Below are positions 26,735 through 38,117 of a stretch of 64,000 nucleotides of DNA, in pieces. Below the pieces are notes generated by a model. It searched no databases. It worked only from the letters and a program-made list of their open reading frames with translations, and was not told the origin of the DNA. The stretch's first letter is position 1, and each line of letters begins with the position of its first letter. The position numbers were made by a program, and so were the translations under genes. This stretch comes from Leucoraja erinacea (Eukaryota): the NCBI RefSeq assembly GCF_028641065.1, contig NC_073391.1:44764001-44828000 (forward strand), given 5' to 3'.

Positions 26735-28560
26735 TAGAAACGTTTTGTTCTGCCCTCTGAGGAAGATAATTCCACAGACTCACCCCTCTCTGTGTGAAAA
26801 CGTGTTTCCTCGTCTCCGTTCTAAACGGCTTACTCCTTATTTTTAAACTGTGGCCCCTGTTTCTGGACTCCCCCAACATCGTTAACAGTGTACAAGCCCA
26901 GCTGCTCCAGTCTCTCAGCATATGGCAGTCCTGCCCTTTGGTCCCGCCATCCCGGAAATTAACCTTGTAAGCCTACAATGAACTCTCTTAATAGCAAGAA
27001 TGTCCTTCCTCAAATTAGGGAACCAAAACTGCACACAACATTCCAGGTTTGGTCTTACCAGGGCCCTGTACAACTACAGAAGGACCTCTTTGCTCATATA
27101 TTCGATTCCTCTTGTTATAAGGGCCAACATGCCATTCGATTTCTTCACTGCCTGCTGTACCTGCATGCTTACTTTCATAGACTGATGTACAAGGACCCCC
27201 CAAATCCCGTTGTACATCCCTTTTTCCCTACTTGACGACATTTAGATAGTAATCTGTCTTCCTGTTTTTGTTACCGAAGTGGATAACCTCATATTTATCC
27301 GCATTAAACTTCAACTGCCATGCATCTGCGACTCCCCCAACCTGTCCAAGTCACCCTGCATTCTCATAGCATCCTTTTCACAGTTCACACTGCCACCCTG
27401 CTTTGTGTAATCTGCAAATTTGCTAATGTTGCTTTGAATCCCTTCATCCAAATCATTGATGTATATTGTAAATATCTGCGGTCGCACCACCGAGGCTTGC
27501 GGTACCCCACTAGTCACCGCCAGCCATTCTGAAAGGGACCCGTTAATCCCTACTCTTTGTTTCCTGTTGCCAACCACTTTCCATCAATGTCAGCACTCTA
27601 CCCCCAACACCATGTGCCCCAATTTTCCCCACTAATCTCCTATGTGGGACCTTATCAAATGCTTTCTGAAAATCCAGGTCCACTACATCCACTGGTTCTC
27701 CTTTGCCCATTTTCCTAGTTACATCTTCAAAACATTCCAGAAGATTAGACAAGCATTATTTCCCCTTCGTCAATCTATACTTACGAGGACTGATCCTGTT
27801 ACTGCTATCCAACTGTTCGGCTATCTCATATTTTATAATTGACTCCAGCATCTTCCCCGCCACCGATGTCAGGCTAACTGGTCTATAATTCCTTGTTTTC
27901 TCCCTCCCTCCTTTCCTAAAAAGTGGGATAACATCAGCTACCCCCCAATCCACAGGAATTGATCCTGAGTTTATAAAACATTGGAAAATTATCACGAATG
28001 CATCCACGATTTCTAGAGCCACTTCCTTAAGTGCCCTGGGATGCAGACCATCAGGCCCTGGGGATTTATCAGACTGCAGTCCCATCAGTCTATCCAACAC
28101 CATTTCCTGCCTAATGTGGATTTCCTTCAGTTCCTCCATCACCCCAGATCCTCCGGCCACTACTATATCAGGAAGATTGTTTGTGTCCTCCTTAGTGAAG
28201 ACAGATCCAAAATACCTGTTCAACCCATCTGCTATTTCCTTGTTCCCCATAATAAATTCACAGTTTTCGGTCTTCAAGGGTCCAACTTTGGCCTTAACTA
28301 ATGTTTTCCTCTTCACATACCTAAAGAAGCTTTTACTATCCGGCTTTATATTCTTGGTTAGCTAACCTTCGCACCGCATCTTTTCTTCCCGTATTGTCGT
28401 TTTGGTTATCTTCTGTTGTTCTTTAAACATTACCCAATTTTCTTGCTTCCCGCTCATCTTTGCCACGTTGAACTTCTTCGCTTTAATTTTTATACTGTCC
28501 CTGACGTCTCTTGTCAGCCATGGTCGGCCCTTTCTCCGCTTGGAATATTTCTTGGAATAA
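26735..28560 (-). mobile_element. CR1 ORF2 long fragment
   Basis: RT-like ORFs 27311-27577, 27543-27752 and 27756-28316. Confidence 0.9.
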
Positions 28561-29169
28561 TATGGAATAATATGGAAAAGGGTCCTGTAACATGGAGACC
28601 TGTTATGTACAAACACAAGTACACAGACCATGAGAGCATGAGAACATAAAGAGCAGATGCAATTCATTACAAGTTCTGCTAATGAACATGAACATTCTGA
28701 TCATTGACATCCATTTCTCACTCTTGCCTGATGTTCATAATCATTGATTGCCAGCTTTACCGGCTGCCCGTTTCCACTCGAAACCGGCACGTTGTTACAG
28801 AGCTCAGAACTACGATCGTTGGCCCGAATTGTCCATGTTGATCGAGGTGCCCCATCTAACCTAGTTGCGCCTTCCAGTGTTTGACCCATATCGCTCCAAC
28901 GCTTTCCTATCCATGTACTTGCCCAAATGTATTTTGAATGTTGTTATAGTACCTGCCCTTATCTGTAAGCCCGATCTATTTATCCACCACCGTCTGTCGG
29001 GAAAAGGTCACTTCTCAGGTTCTTATGAAATCGTTGGCCTCTCACCTTAAACCTACTGGATGCCCTTATATTGTTAATTTTCCTACAGTGAGTAAAGGCC
29101 ACCGTGCGTTCACCGCTTCTGATTTTATACCGCTTCTGATTGTATACGCCACTATAAGATTATAGATAC

Positions 29170-30610
29170 GTAGATACATAGACAATAGTGCAGGAGTAGG
29201 CCATTCGGGCCTTCGAGTCAGCACTCCCTTTCAATGTGATCATGATTGATCATCCACAAACAGTACCCGGTTCCTGCCTTCTGCCCATACTCCTTGATTC
29301 CGCTAGCCCGAAGAGCTCTATCTAACTCTACTTTAAATGCATCCTATGAATCTGCTTCCACTGCCTTCTGGAGCAGATAATTCCACAAATTCACAACTGC
29401 GTGAAAACGTTTTTCCTCATCTCAGTTCTATATGGCCTACCCCCTTATACTTAAACTGTAGCCCCTGATTGTGGACTCCCCCAACATCGGGAACATGTTT
29501 CCTGCATCCAACGTGTCCAATCCCTTAATATAAAATTCCATCTCATTCTTCTAAATTCCGGTGAATACAACCCCAGTCGCTCCATTCTTTCATCATATGA
29601 CAGTCCCGCCATATCTGGAATTAACCTCGTGAACCTACGCTGCCGTCCCTCAATAGTAAGAATGCCCTTCGTCATTTTGGGCGGGCAACCCTGCACACAA
29701 TACTTCAGGTGTGGTCTTACCAGGGCCCTGTCCAACTGCAGAAATATCTCTTTGCTCCTATACTCAACTCCTCTCGTAATGAAGGCCAATACGCTATTAG
29801 CTTTCTTCGCTGCCTCGTGTACCTGCATGCTTACTTTCAGTGACTAATGTGCAAGGACGCCCAGGTCTCGTTGCACTGCCCCTTTTCCTAACCTGACACC
29901 ATTCAGCTAATATTCAAAGAGTCTGAAGAAGGGTCTCGATCCGAAATGTCACCCATTCCTTCTCTCCAGAGATGCTGCCTGAACCACTGAGTCACTCCAG
30001 CATTTTGTGTCCACCATTCGGATAATAATCTGCCTTCCCGTTCTTGCCATCAAAGTGAATAACCTCACAGTTATCCACATTATACTGCATCTGCCATGCT
30101 CCCCTCCACCTCCTGCGCTCCTGCTCAACTTGGAGTACAACTGCAACATAACATCCCTGCCTCTGTACTCGATGCTCTGATTGATGAAGACCAATGTAAG
30201 TAAAGCCTTCATCACCACCCTATCTACCAATGGCGAACATTCAGGTAACTGTGTAACTGCACTCCTTGATCCCTCTGCTCTGCAACACCCTCCAGCGGCC
30301 TGTTATTCAATGTGTGGTTTCTGCTCTGGTTAGACTTTCCAAAATATAACACTAAGATTCCATTCTGATTTTCAAAAGATAATCGGTAGACAAAAATGCT
30401 GGAGAAACTCAGCGGGTGAGGCAGCATCTATGGAGCGAAGGAATAGGTGACGTTTTGGGTCGAGACACTTCTTCAGACTGATGTCTAAATGGCTTAGTCC
30501 TTATTCTACGTCCCAACGTCTGTACTCAGTTCTCTCACTGATGATGGCCAACGTGCCAAAAGCCTTCTTCATCACTCTGTCTACCTGCGTTGCCACTTTC
30601 AGGGAACGAC
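29170..30610 (-). mobile_element. CR1 fragments interrupted by PLE repeats (about 29920-30020 + and 30385-30482 -)
   Basis: ORF 29451-29828 is RT-like; CTGAAGAAGGGTCTCGATCCGAAATGTC at 29923. Confidence 0.8.
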
Positions 30611-30784
30611 TTGATCGCTCTAATCCACGGCATTTACCAGGATCCTAACGGTCGCTGGGAAGATCGTGCCCAGAGGTTATTTGCCAAAATGCAACACGTC
30701 ACAATATCAGAACAAAACTCTATGGACCATTCAACTGTACACATGCCCACATGGTCAAAATCTTGCGGCAATCCGTGACAACTA

Positions 30785-32402
30785 CAGAGGCTTGCAAATG
30801 TTTTCATACCCCTTGATCTTTTCCACATTTTGTCACGTTACAACCACAAACGTAAATATATCTTATTGGGATTGTATGTGATAGACCAACACAAAGTGGC
30901 GCATAATTTTGAAGCGGAAGGGAAATGATACATGGTTTTCAATTTTTTTTACAAATATAAAACTGAAAAGTGTGGCGTGCAAAAGTATTCAGCCCCCTTT
31001 ACTCTGATACCCCTAAATAAAATCCAGTGCAACCAATTGCCTTCAAAAGTCACCTAATTAGTAAATAGAGTCAACTTGTGTGTAATCTAATCTCAGTATA
31101 AATACAGCTGTTCTGTGAAGGCCTCAGAGGTTTGTCATAGAACATTAGTGAACAAACAGCATCACGAAGCCCAAGGAACACACCAGACAGGTCAGGGATA
31201 AAGTTGTGGAGAAGTTTAAAGCAGGGTTAGGTTATTAAAAAATATCCCAAGCTTTGAACATCTCACGGGGCACTGTTCAATCCATCATCCGAAAATGGAA
31301 AGAGTATGGCACAACTGCAAACCTACCAATACATGGTCGCCCACCCTAAACTGCCAGGCCGGGCAAGGAGATCATTGATCAGAGAAGCAGCCATGGTAAC
31401 TCTGGAGGGGCTGCAGAGATCTACAGCTCAGGTGGAGGAATCTGTCCACAGGACAACTATAAGTCGTGCACTCCACAAATCGGGCCTTTATGGAAGAGTG
31501 GCAAGAAGAAAGCCATTGTTGGAAAAAAAAGCCATAAGAAGTCCCGTTTTCAGTTTGCCACAAGCCATGTGGGGGGCACAGCAAACATGTGGAGGAAGGT
31601 GCTCTTGTCAGATGAGACCAAAATTGAAGTTTTTGGCCTAAATGCAAAACGCTATGTGTGGCGGAAAACTAACATCACCCTGAACACGCCATCCCCACTG
31701 TGAAACAAGGTGGTGGCAGCATCATGCTGTGGAGATGCTTTTCTTCAGCAGGGACAGGGAAGCTGGTCAGAGTTGATGGCAAGATGGGTACAGAGCCAAA
31801 TACAGAGCCAAATACAGAGCAATCTTGGAAGAAAACCGGTTAGAGTCTGCAAAAGACTTGAGGCTGGGGCGGAGGTTCATCTTCCAGCAGTACAACGACC
31901 CTAAACATACCGCCAGAGCTGCAATGGAATGGTTTAGATCAAAGCATATTCATGTGTTAGAATGGCCCAGTCAAAGTCCAGACCTAAATCCAATTGTGAA
32001 TCTCTGGCAAGACTTGAAAATTGCTGTTCACAGACGCTCTCCATCCAATCTGACTGAGCTTGAGCTATTTTGCAAAGAAGAATGGGCAAAAATTTCAGTC
32101 TCCAGATGTGCAAAGCTGGTAGAGACATACCCCAAAAGACTTGCAGCTGTAATTGCAGCGAAAGGTGGTTCTACAAAGTATTGCCTCAGGGGGGCTGAAT
32201 ACTTTTGCACGCCACACTTTTCAGTTTTTTATTTGTAAAAAAAATTGAAAACCATGTATCATTTTCCTTCCACTTCACAATTATGCACCACTTTGTGTTG
32301 GTCTATCACATAAAATCCCAATAAAATACATTTATGTTTGTGGTTGTAACGTGACAAAATGTGGAAAAGTTCAAGGGGTATGAAAACATTTGCAAGCCAC
32401 TG
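30785..32402 (+). mobile_element. Full-length Tc1 (IR/DR-type) transposon with inactive transposase
   Basis: TA at 30783-30784 and 32403-32404; ~215-bp TIRs starting CAG(A/T)GGCTTGCAAATG. Transposase is frameshifted, with QQYNDPKH and SPDLNPIVNLW at the positions of the second D and the E. Confidence 0.95.
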
Positions 32403-32957
32403 TATGTTCACTTCCAACAATATCATCTACTTGAATTTAATCTCCAAACTCCCTCATAGTGGCCTTGTACATTCACATTCAATGTGGATAATATCAATAT
32501 GCATGATGAAGTTTAGCATTGGCATGGTGGGATGGTGGGATTTAAATATACTAGATGTTGCCTGTGCAGAAATCCTTTGTAATTGCTATTCAGCTTTGCA
32601 TCTTTTCATTTAGACACTTCAACGAACAGCTTTTAAAAAACTGGCATCTTATAATTTCTGTCGATGAGCCTTTGCGACAGCATTCTTGGCAAATCATTGG
32701 TTTATATTGAAGATTGGGAACCTCCGGATGGCGAATACTTATATTTTCTCGCAGTAATGTCGAGGACTGTGAGAGCAGCGCTTTCAAATTTCTTTGGAAA
32801 ACATTTTCAATTAATGAGACTGGCACAATTATTCGATTGGACACTTTCTCAGCAGGTCGACCTTAATTACTTTATTCCCCAGTCCAATACCTATTCATCC
32901 ATTTGCTTTATGTGCACCGTAGTGTGAGTATCTACATTCGCCACACCATCGCTTTAT

Positions 32958-33265
32958 AACCATATAACCATATAACCATATAACGATTACAGCACGGAAA
33001 CAGGCCATCTCGGCCCTACAGGTCCGTGCAGAACAACTTTTTTCCCCCCTTAGTCCCACCTGCCTGCACTCATACCATAACCCTCCATTCCCTTCTCATC
33101 CATATGCCTATCCAATTTATTTTTAAATGATACCAATGAATCTGCCTCCACCACTTCCACTGGAAGCTCATTCCACACTGCTACCACTTTCTGAGTAAAG
33201 AAGCTCCCACTCATATTACCCCTAAACTTCTGTCCCTTAATTCTGAAGTCATGTCCTCTTGTTTT
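32958..33265 (-). mobile_element. CR1 3' end, (ATAACCAT)n tail
   Basis: Tail plus similarity to 14358-14866. Confidence 0.85.
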
Positions 33266-33411
33266 ATCTACTGTGTGAAGTAATTTCAGGAATTTGGTAT
33301 TCGAATGAATCTAGCAAAGTCCCCAAAACAAGAGATCATCAGGGCCCTTTGAAATTGGGCTCTCGAGGGAAGGATTAATCAGTAATCTCACAACGAAGAG
33401 ATGAATTTTAG

Positions 33412-33840
33412 TGGCTTGTACTCGCTGGAATTTAGAAGATTGAGGGGGGATCTTATAGAAACTTACAACATTCTTAAGGGGTTGGACAGGCTAGATGCAG
33501 GAAGATTGTTCCCGATTTTGGTGAAGTCCAGGACAAGGGCTCACAGTTTAAGGATAAAGGGGAAATCCTGTAGGACCGAGATGAGAAAAACAATTTTCAC
33601 GCAGAGAGTGGTAAATCGCTGGAACTCTCTGCCACAGAAGGTAGTTGAGGCCAGTTCGTCGGCTATATTTAAGAGGGAGTTAGATGTGGCCCTTGTGGCT
33701 AAAGGGATCAGGGGGTATGGAGAGAAGGCAGGTACAGGGTACTGAGTTGGATGATCAGCCATGATCATATTGAATGGCGGTGCCGGCTCTAAGGGCCGAA
33801 TTGCCTACTCCTGCACCTAGTTTCTATGTGTCTATGTTCT
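33412..33840 (+). mobile_element. CR1 3' end ~270 bp upstream of the IgNAR promoter
   Basis: ORF 33401-33745 RT C-terminus and tail. Confidence 0.9.
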
Positions 33841-34108
33841 GTATCAAATGTTATTTAATTTCGTAATGATGTTTAACTCAAACTCAAACGACTTGTTATC
33901 TGAATCCGATTGTTACCCATGGCTACTTTTGTTACTTTGGTATTATAAAAATAACCAGAAGCTTAAACCAAGAGAGTGCAAGAGCATTATCTATATCTCG
34001 ACCAACATATTTACGTTAATACACTGCAGATTCCAGCCAATTGATAGCAGAAAAGTTGGACATATACCCGAAATGTATTTGCAGTCAGTGCAGTTTCACA
34101 ACGCCTTT

Positions 34109-34141
34109 ATGCAAATGAGCTCTGACTCTTGAGGCTTATAA
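34109..34141 (+). promoter_or_regulatory. IgNAR V promoter: octamer ATGCAAAT (34109-34116) plus TATAA (34137-34141)
   Basis: Perfect octamer 20 nt upstream of a TATA-like box, ~120 nt before the leader ATG. Confidence 0.8.
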
Positions 34142-34233
34142 GGTCTTCGCTAAGAGCCGCATGGTTACACAGACAGTGGACGCTGAGCTCCAGTACCCTC
34201 TCTGCTTAACCATTGTTTTAGCGTGGAAAAAAC

Positions 34234-34276
34234 ATGAATGTTTTTTGTGTTTCAATACTTTTGGCTTGGTTATCGA
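34234..34276 (+). CDS. IgNAR: IgNAR leader exon (MNVFCVSILLAWLS)
   Basis: ATG at 34234 and GTAAGT donor at 34277 (phase 1). Splicing to 34412 gives MNVFCVSILLAWLSSAFT/AYVDQTPR, like known IgNAR leaders. Confidence 0.92.
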
Positions 34277-34411
34277 GTAAGTGCAGTTTGATTTTAAAAT
34301 ATTATTAATTGTAATAGTGCAGTGCGTCCACCTTGTGCGACTGTCATTATGTGTTGAATCTCACATTATGTCAAATAAGCAAAGTATTGATTATGGGGTT
34401 TCTCTCTTCAG

Positions 34412-34676
34412 GTGCCTTCACTGCATATGTGGACCAAACACCGAGATCGGCAACAAAAGAATCCGGCGAAACTCTGACCATCCAGTGCGTTTTACGTGGT
34501 AGCAGCTACTCGCTGGGTAGCACAGCATGGTACCGGCAAAAACCGGGTGAATCGCAACGTTCCCTAACGGTTGGAGGACGATTCGTTGAAACAGTCAACA
34601 CACAACAAGACACCTTTTCCCTGCAGATAAGGAACCTGGTCGTTGAAGACACGGCCACGTACGTCTGCAGAGGAAG
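34412..34676 (+). CDS. IgNAR: Germline VNAR segment
   Basis: AYVDQTPRSATKESGETLTIQC..WYRQK..GGRFVETVN..FSLQIRNLVVEDTATYVC. The CDR2 deletion is typical of VNAR. Acceptor at 34410-34411. Confidence 0.97.
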
Positions 34677-34714
34677 CACTGTAATTAACCTGCAGCTCAT
34701 GCAATACAAAAACA
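34677..34714 (+). promoter_or_regulatory. V recombination signal (22-nt spacer)
   Basis: CACTGTA, 22 nt, ACAAAAACA. Confidence 0.92.
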
Positions 34715-34913
34715 CTGTGTTTCTCTTTCTCTGAAGAAATCATGGATCGGTTCATTTTAATTGAACATAAAATTACCAAAATAGCTGCTGAATCCTGTGT
34801 AGGACATGGGCAGATTGGCAATGAGTGGTCAGATGTGGTGACGCCCGTCACTTGCCGAAGTCGGGAGCGTTGGATGTGCAGTTTCGCTGTTTAACCAGTT
34901 GCGCAGGTGGATC

Positions 34914-34994
34914 TATTATTGTGCTGGGCTTTACCACTGTGTATAATATACAGTACCACAGTGATGAATCTTCAATCCCCGTAATACATAAACC
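34914..34994 (+). other. IgNAR: IgNAR D1 (core 34942-34956 TATAATATACAGTAC) with 12/22 RSS
   Basis: TATTATTGT-12-CACTGTG [core] CACAGTG-22-ACATAAACC. Confidence 0.92.
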
Positions 34995-35309
34995 GCCCCC
35001 AGAAGTTCTTAGTGCAAAATGAATACGAAACATTTCTTCAGCAATTGAAAGCACAATTACCTAATACCCCCTGCTTTTGCCAAGCACTGCTCGACATATC
35101 AGAGTTTTATCTCCGTATACTTCGTGATTGTTATATAATTGCTACCGTCGTATTCAAAACAGAACGTTGATATTTACCAAAATATCTTGAGTGGCGACGA
35201 GTTATAATCATACTAAGTAGTCAAACCATCGAATATACCGTGTCCACTGCAACATTTGATTCGAAATGTGGAATATCTGGAGGAGTTTAAGCGCAATTTT
35301 CAACAGGGG

Positions 35310-35377
35310 AGTTATTGTGCTCATGTGAAATGATGTGTGGGGTACGATACACAGTAGCTCAAGCCATAACAAAAACA
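35310..35377 (+). other. IgNAR: IgNAR D2 (core 35338-35349 TGGGGTACGATA) with 12/12 RSS
   Basis: AGTTATTGT-12-TGATGTG [core] CACAGTA-12-ACAAAAACA. Confidence 0.88.
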
Positions 35378-35691
35378 TCTTTAGCAGTGTATTGGTGCTC
35401 CATCCGTGAATGGGATCTTTACGCTCAGAGATATGGTTGGAGATTATGTCAAATTAAGTTTTCTTCTTTGCTTCCAATGTCCCCACATTCCCACTGGTCA
35501 AACAGCGGAATTCCGTTTTCCGGACCACACGACATGGTATTGCAACGAATAACGATCAGGGAAAAAGTTAAGATCATACGGATGAAAACTGAAGGAAACA
35601 ACGAATGATTTTACCGACCGCAACCCATCAATTAAAATTTTGTAGTTATATCATTTTGGAGAACCTATTCCAACACCTTATCTTTAATGGC

Positions 35692-35730
35692 AATTTTTGT
35701 ACTGGGCTTACGAGGAAGTGAATCACTGTG
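35692..35730 (-). promoter_or_regulatory. J recombination signal (23-nt spacer)
   Basis: AATTTTTGT-23-CACTGTG on the + strand. Confidence 0.92.
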
Positions 35731-35778
35731 ACTACTACTCCGAAGTGGGAGCTGGCACAACGCTGACTGTGAAACCTG
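35731..35778 (+). CDS. IgNAR: IgNAR J segment (YYSEVGAGTTLTVKP)
   Basis: GxG-TxLTV motif and GTAAGT donor at 35779 (phase 1). Confidence 0.95.
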
Positions 35779-37295
35779 GTAAGTCACCTTTTTTTGTGAT
35801 ATTTGAATACTTTCACTTTGGTATTCCGTTGGTTTATTTTGGCTCAAGTGGTAAGAATAATTTAGATTATCGATGGATTTTGTGTGATTTGTGAATGGTG
35901 GCATATTTTTGGAATATTCTCTGTCAGCTTAGTTGGCTTAAACATAAACATTATATTGCATTCCTCAGCTGGACCAAAGGGTAACTTAACAAAAATGTCA
36001 TTTTGCAAAACGAAATCCACAAATTTTCCTCGTACAGCACTTCTCGTCCCAACCCCCGATAACGTATCCGATAACAGCTGTTGCAGTATTATTATCAAAA
36101 TAGGTACTTATATGTTGACATATTGGAGTTTGAATTAATTAACAGGCGCGACCAATATAGGTTTATATACAGGAAACCTGGTCTCTCAAAGGAGGATTGT
36201 GTGTTTGTTATAGTGCGGGTGACATTAAACCTTGAATGGGTATTGAGCGCCAGTGAAGAATGATATCAATTGAGATTTAAACAGCATTTCGTCAACTTAT
36301 AGCCAGGGGAATTGCCAAGCAGACCTTCGTTGGGAAAAGTTTGTTTACTTTCTGCAATGTGGGAAACAATCTGCTCTTCAGAAAATTAAAATATGACATA
36401 ATTTCAGTCAGCGCGTTTTAGCTCAATTAGCTCAGAGTACTTAAGGAAGTAGCCCCAGAAATAGTGGGTGCATTAGTGATAATTGTTCAAAACTCTTCAG
36501 ATTCTGGTGTAGTTCCTAAGGATAGGAGGGTAGTTAATGTAGCCCCGCTTTTATTTAAAAGGGAGGGAGAGAGAAAACGGGGAATTACAGACCAGTTAGT
36601 CTAACATCGGTAGTGGCGAAACTGTTAGAGTCAGTTATTAAAGATGGGAAAGCAGCACATTTGGAAATTCTTGAAATCATTGGACAAAGTCAGCATGGAT
36701 TTATGAAAGGTAAATCATGTCTGACGAATCTTAGATAATTTTTCGAGGATGTAACTAGTAGAGTGGATAAAGGAGAACCAGTGGATGTGTTATATCTGGA
36801 CTTTCAGAAGGCTTTCGACAAGGTCCCACATAAGAGATTAGTATACAAACTTAAGGCACACGGTATTGGGGGTTCAGTATCGATGTCGATAGAGAACTGG
36901 CTGGCAGACAGGAAACAAAGAATAGGAGTAAACTGACTAGTGGGGTACTAGTGTGATACCGCAAGGCTCAGTGCTGGGACCCCAGCTATTTACACTATAT
37001 ATTAATGATTTGGACGAGGGAATTTAATACAACATCTCCAGGTTTGCGGATGACACTAAGCTGGGGGGCAGTGTTAGCTGTGAGGCGGATGCCAGTAGGC
37101 TGCAGGGTGACTTGGATAGGCTGGGTAAGTGGGAAAATGCATGGCAGATGCAGTAGAAAGTGGATAAATGTTAGGTTATCCACTTTGGTGGCAAAAACAG
37201 GAAAGTAGCCTATTATCTGAATGGTGGCCGATTAGGAAAAGGGGAAATGCAACGAGACCTGGGTGTCATGGTACACCAGTCATTGAAAGTAGGCA

Positions 37296-37394
37296 GGAGG
37301 TACACGAAAATGCTGGAGAAATTCAGCGGGTGCAGCAGCATATATGGAGCGAAGGAAATATGTGACGTTTCGGGCCGAAACCCTTCTTCAGACT
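37296..37394. mobile_element. 99-bp PLE-derived insert with ~16-bp TSD
   Basis: Flanked by tcattgaaagtaggca (37280-37295) and tcattgaaaggaggaa (37395-37410). Confidence 0.8.
37364..37391 (-). ncRNA. Minimal type I hammerhead ribozyme-like motif
   Basis: Minus strand reads CUGAAGA-A-GGGUUUCGGCCC-GAAAC-GUC, with palindromic ACGU as helix III. Confidence 0.5.
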
Positions 37395-38117
37395 TCATTG
37401 AAAGGAGGAATGCAGGTGCAGCAGGCAGTGAAGAAAGCGAATGGTATGTTAGCATTCATAGCAAAAGGATTTGAGTCTCGGAGCAGAGAGGTTCTACTGC
37501 AGTTGTACAGGGTCTTGGTGAGACCACACCTGGAGTATTGCGTACAGTTTTTGGTCTAAAGGTATCAGGCGGTATGGAGAGAAGGCAGGTACAGGATACT
37601 GAGTTGGATGATCAGTCATGATCATATTGAATGGCGGCGCCGGCTCGAAGGGCCGAATGGCCTACTCCTGCACCTATTTTTTATGTTTTTATGTTTCTAT
37701 GTAATAAAGCAGCTGATAATATACTTTGAAGTTTTCAGTCGCTAATGCTAGTGATCATGCCGGTTATATTTCAACGTTGATGATCGGGGTGTTCGAAGTT
37801 TATGGTGGTGTATGGGGAATATAGTTCTACATACAAACCAAGAAGATGCACTGAATCTAATAACATACTCAATGCAGCATTTACAAAACAGCACATAGAA
37901 ATATCCTGGGTCTATCCTCTCCCACCAAATGTTTCTCGGTCAATTCGCAACGTGTTACACTGNNNNNNNNNNNNNNNNNNNNNNNNNNNNNNNNNNNNNN
38001 NNNNNNNNNNNNNNNNNNNNNNNNNNNNNNNNNNNNNNNNNNNNNNNNNNNNNNNNNNNNNNNNNNNNNNNNNNNNNNNNNNNNNNNNNNNNNNNNNNNN
38101 NNNNNNNNNNNNNNNNN

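Larger units (their letters stand above)
36440..37700 (+). mobile_element. CR1 ORF2 fragment in the J-C intron, carrying a PLE insert
   Basis: RT motifs and (TTTCTATG)n tail. Confidence 0.9.

Noticed and set aside
34713-34719. Extra CACTGTG heptamer overlapping the V nonamer
   Set aside because: No nonamer at 12 or 22/23 nt on either side.
34995-35309. Possible third D segment
   Set aside because: CAC-starting heptamers near 35052, 35085 and 35245 and the CTTCGTG at 35120 have no nonamer at a valid spacing.
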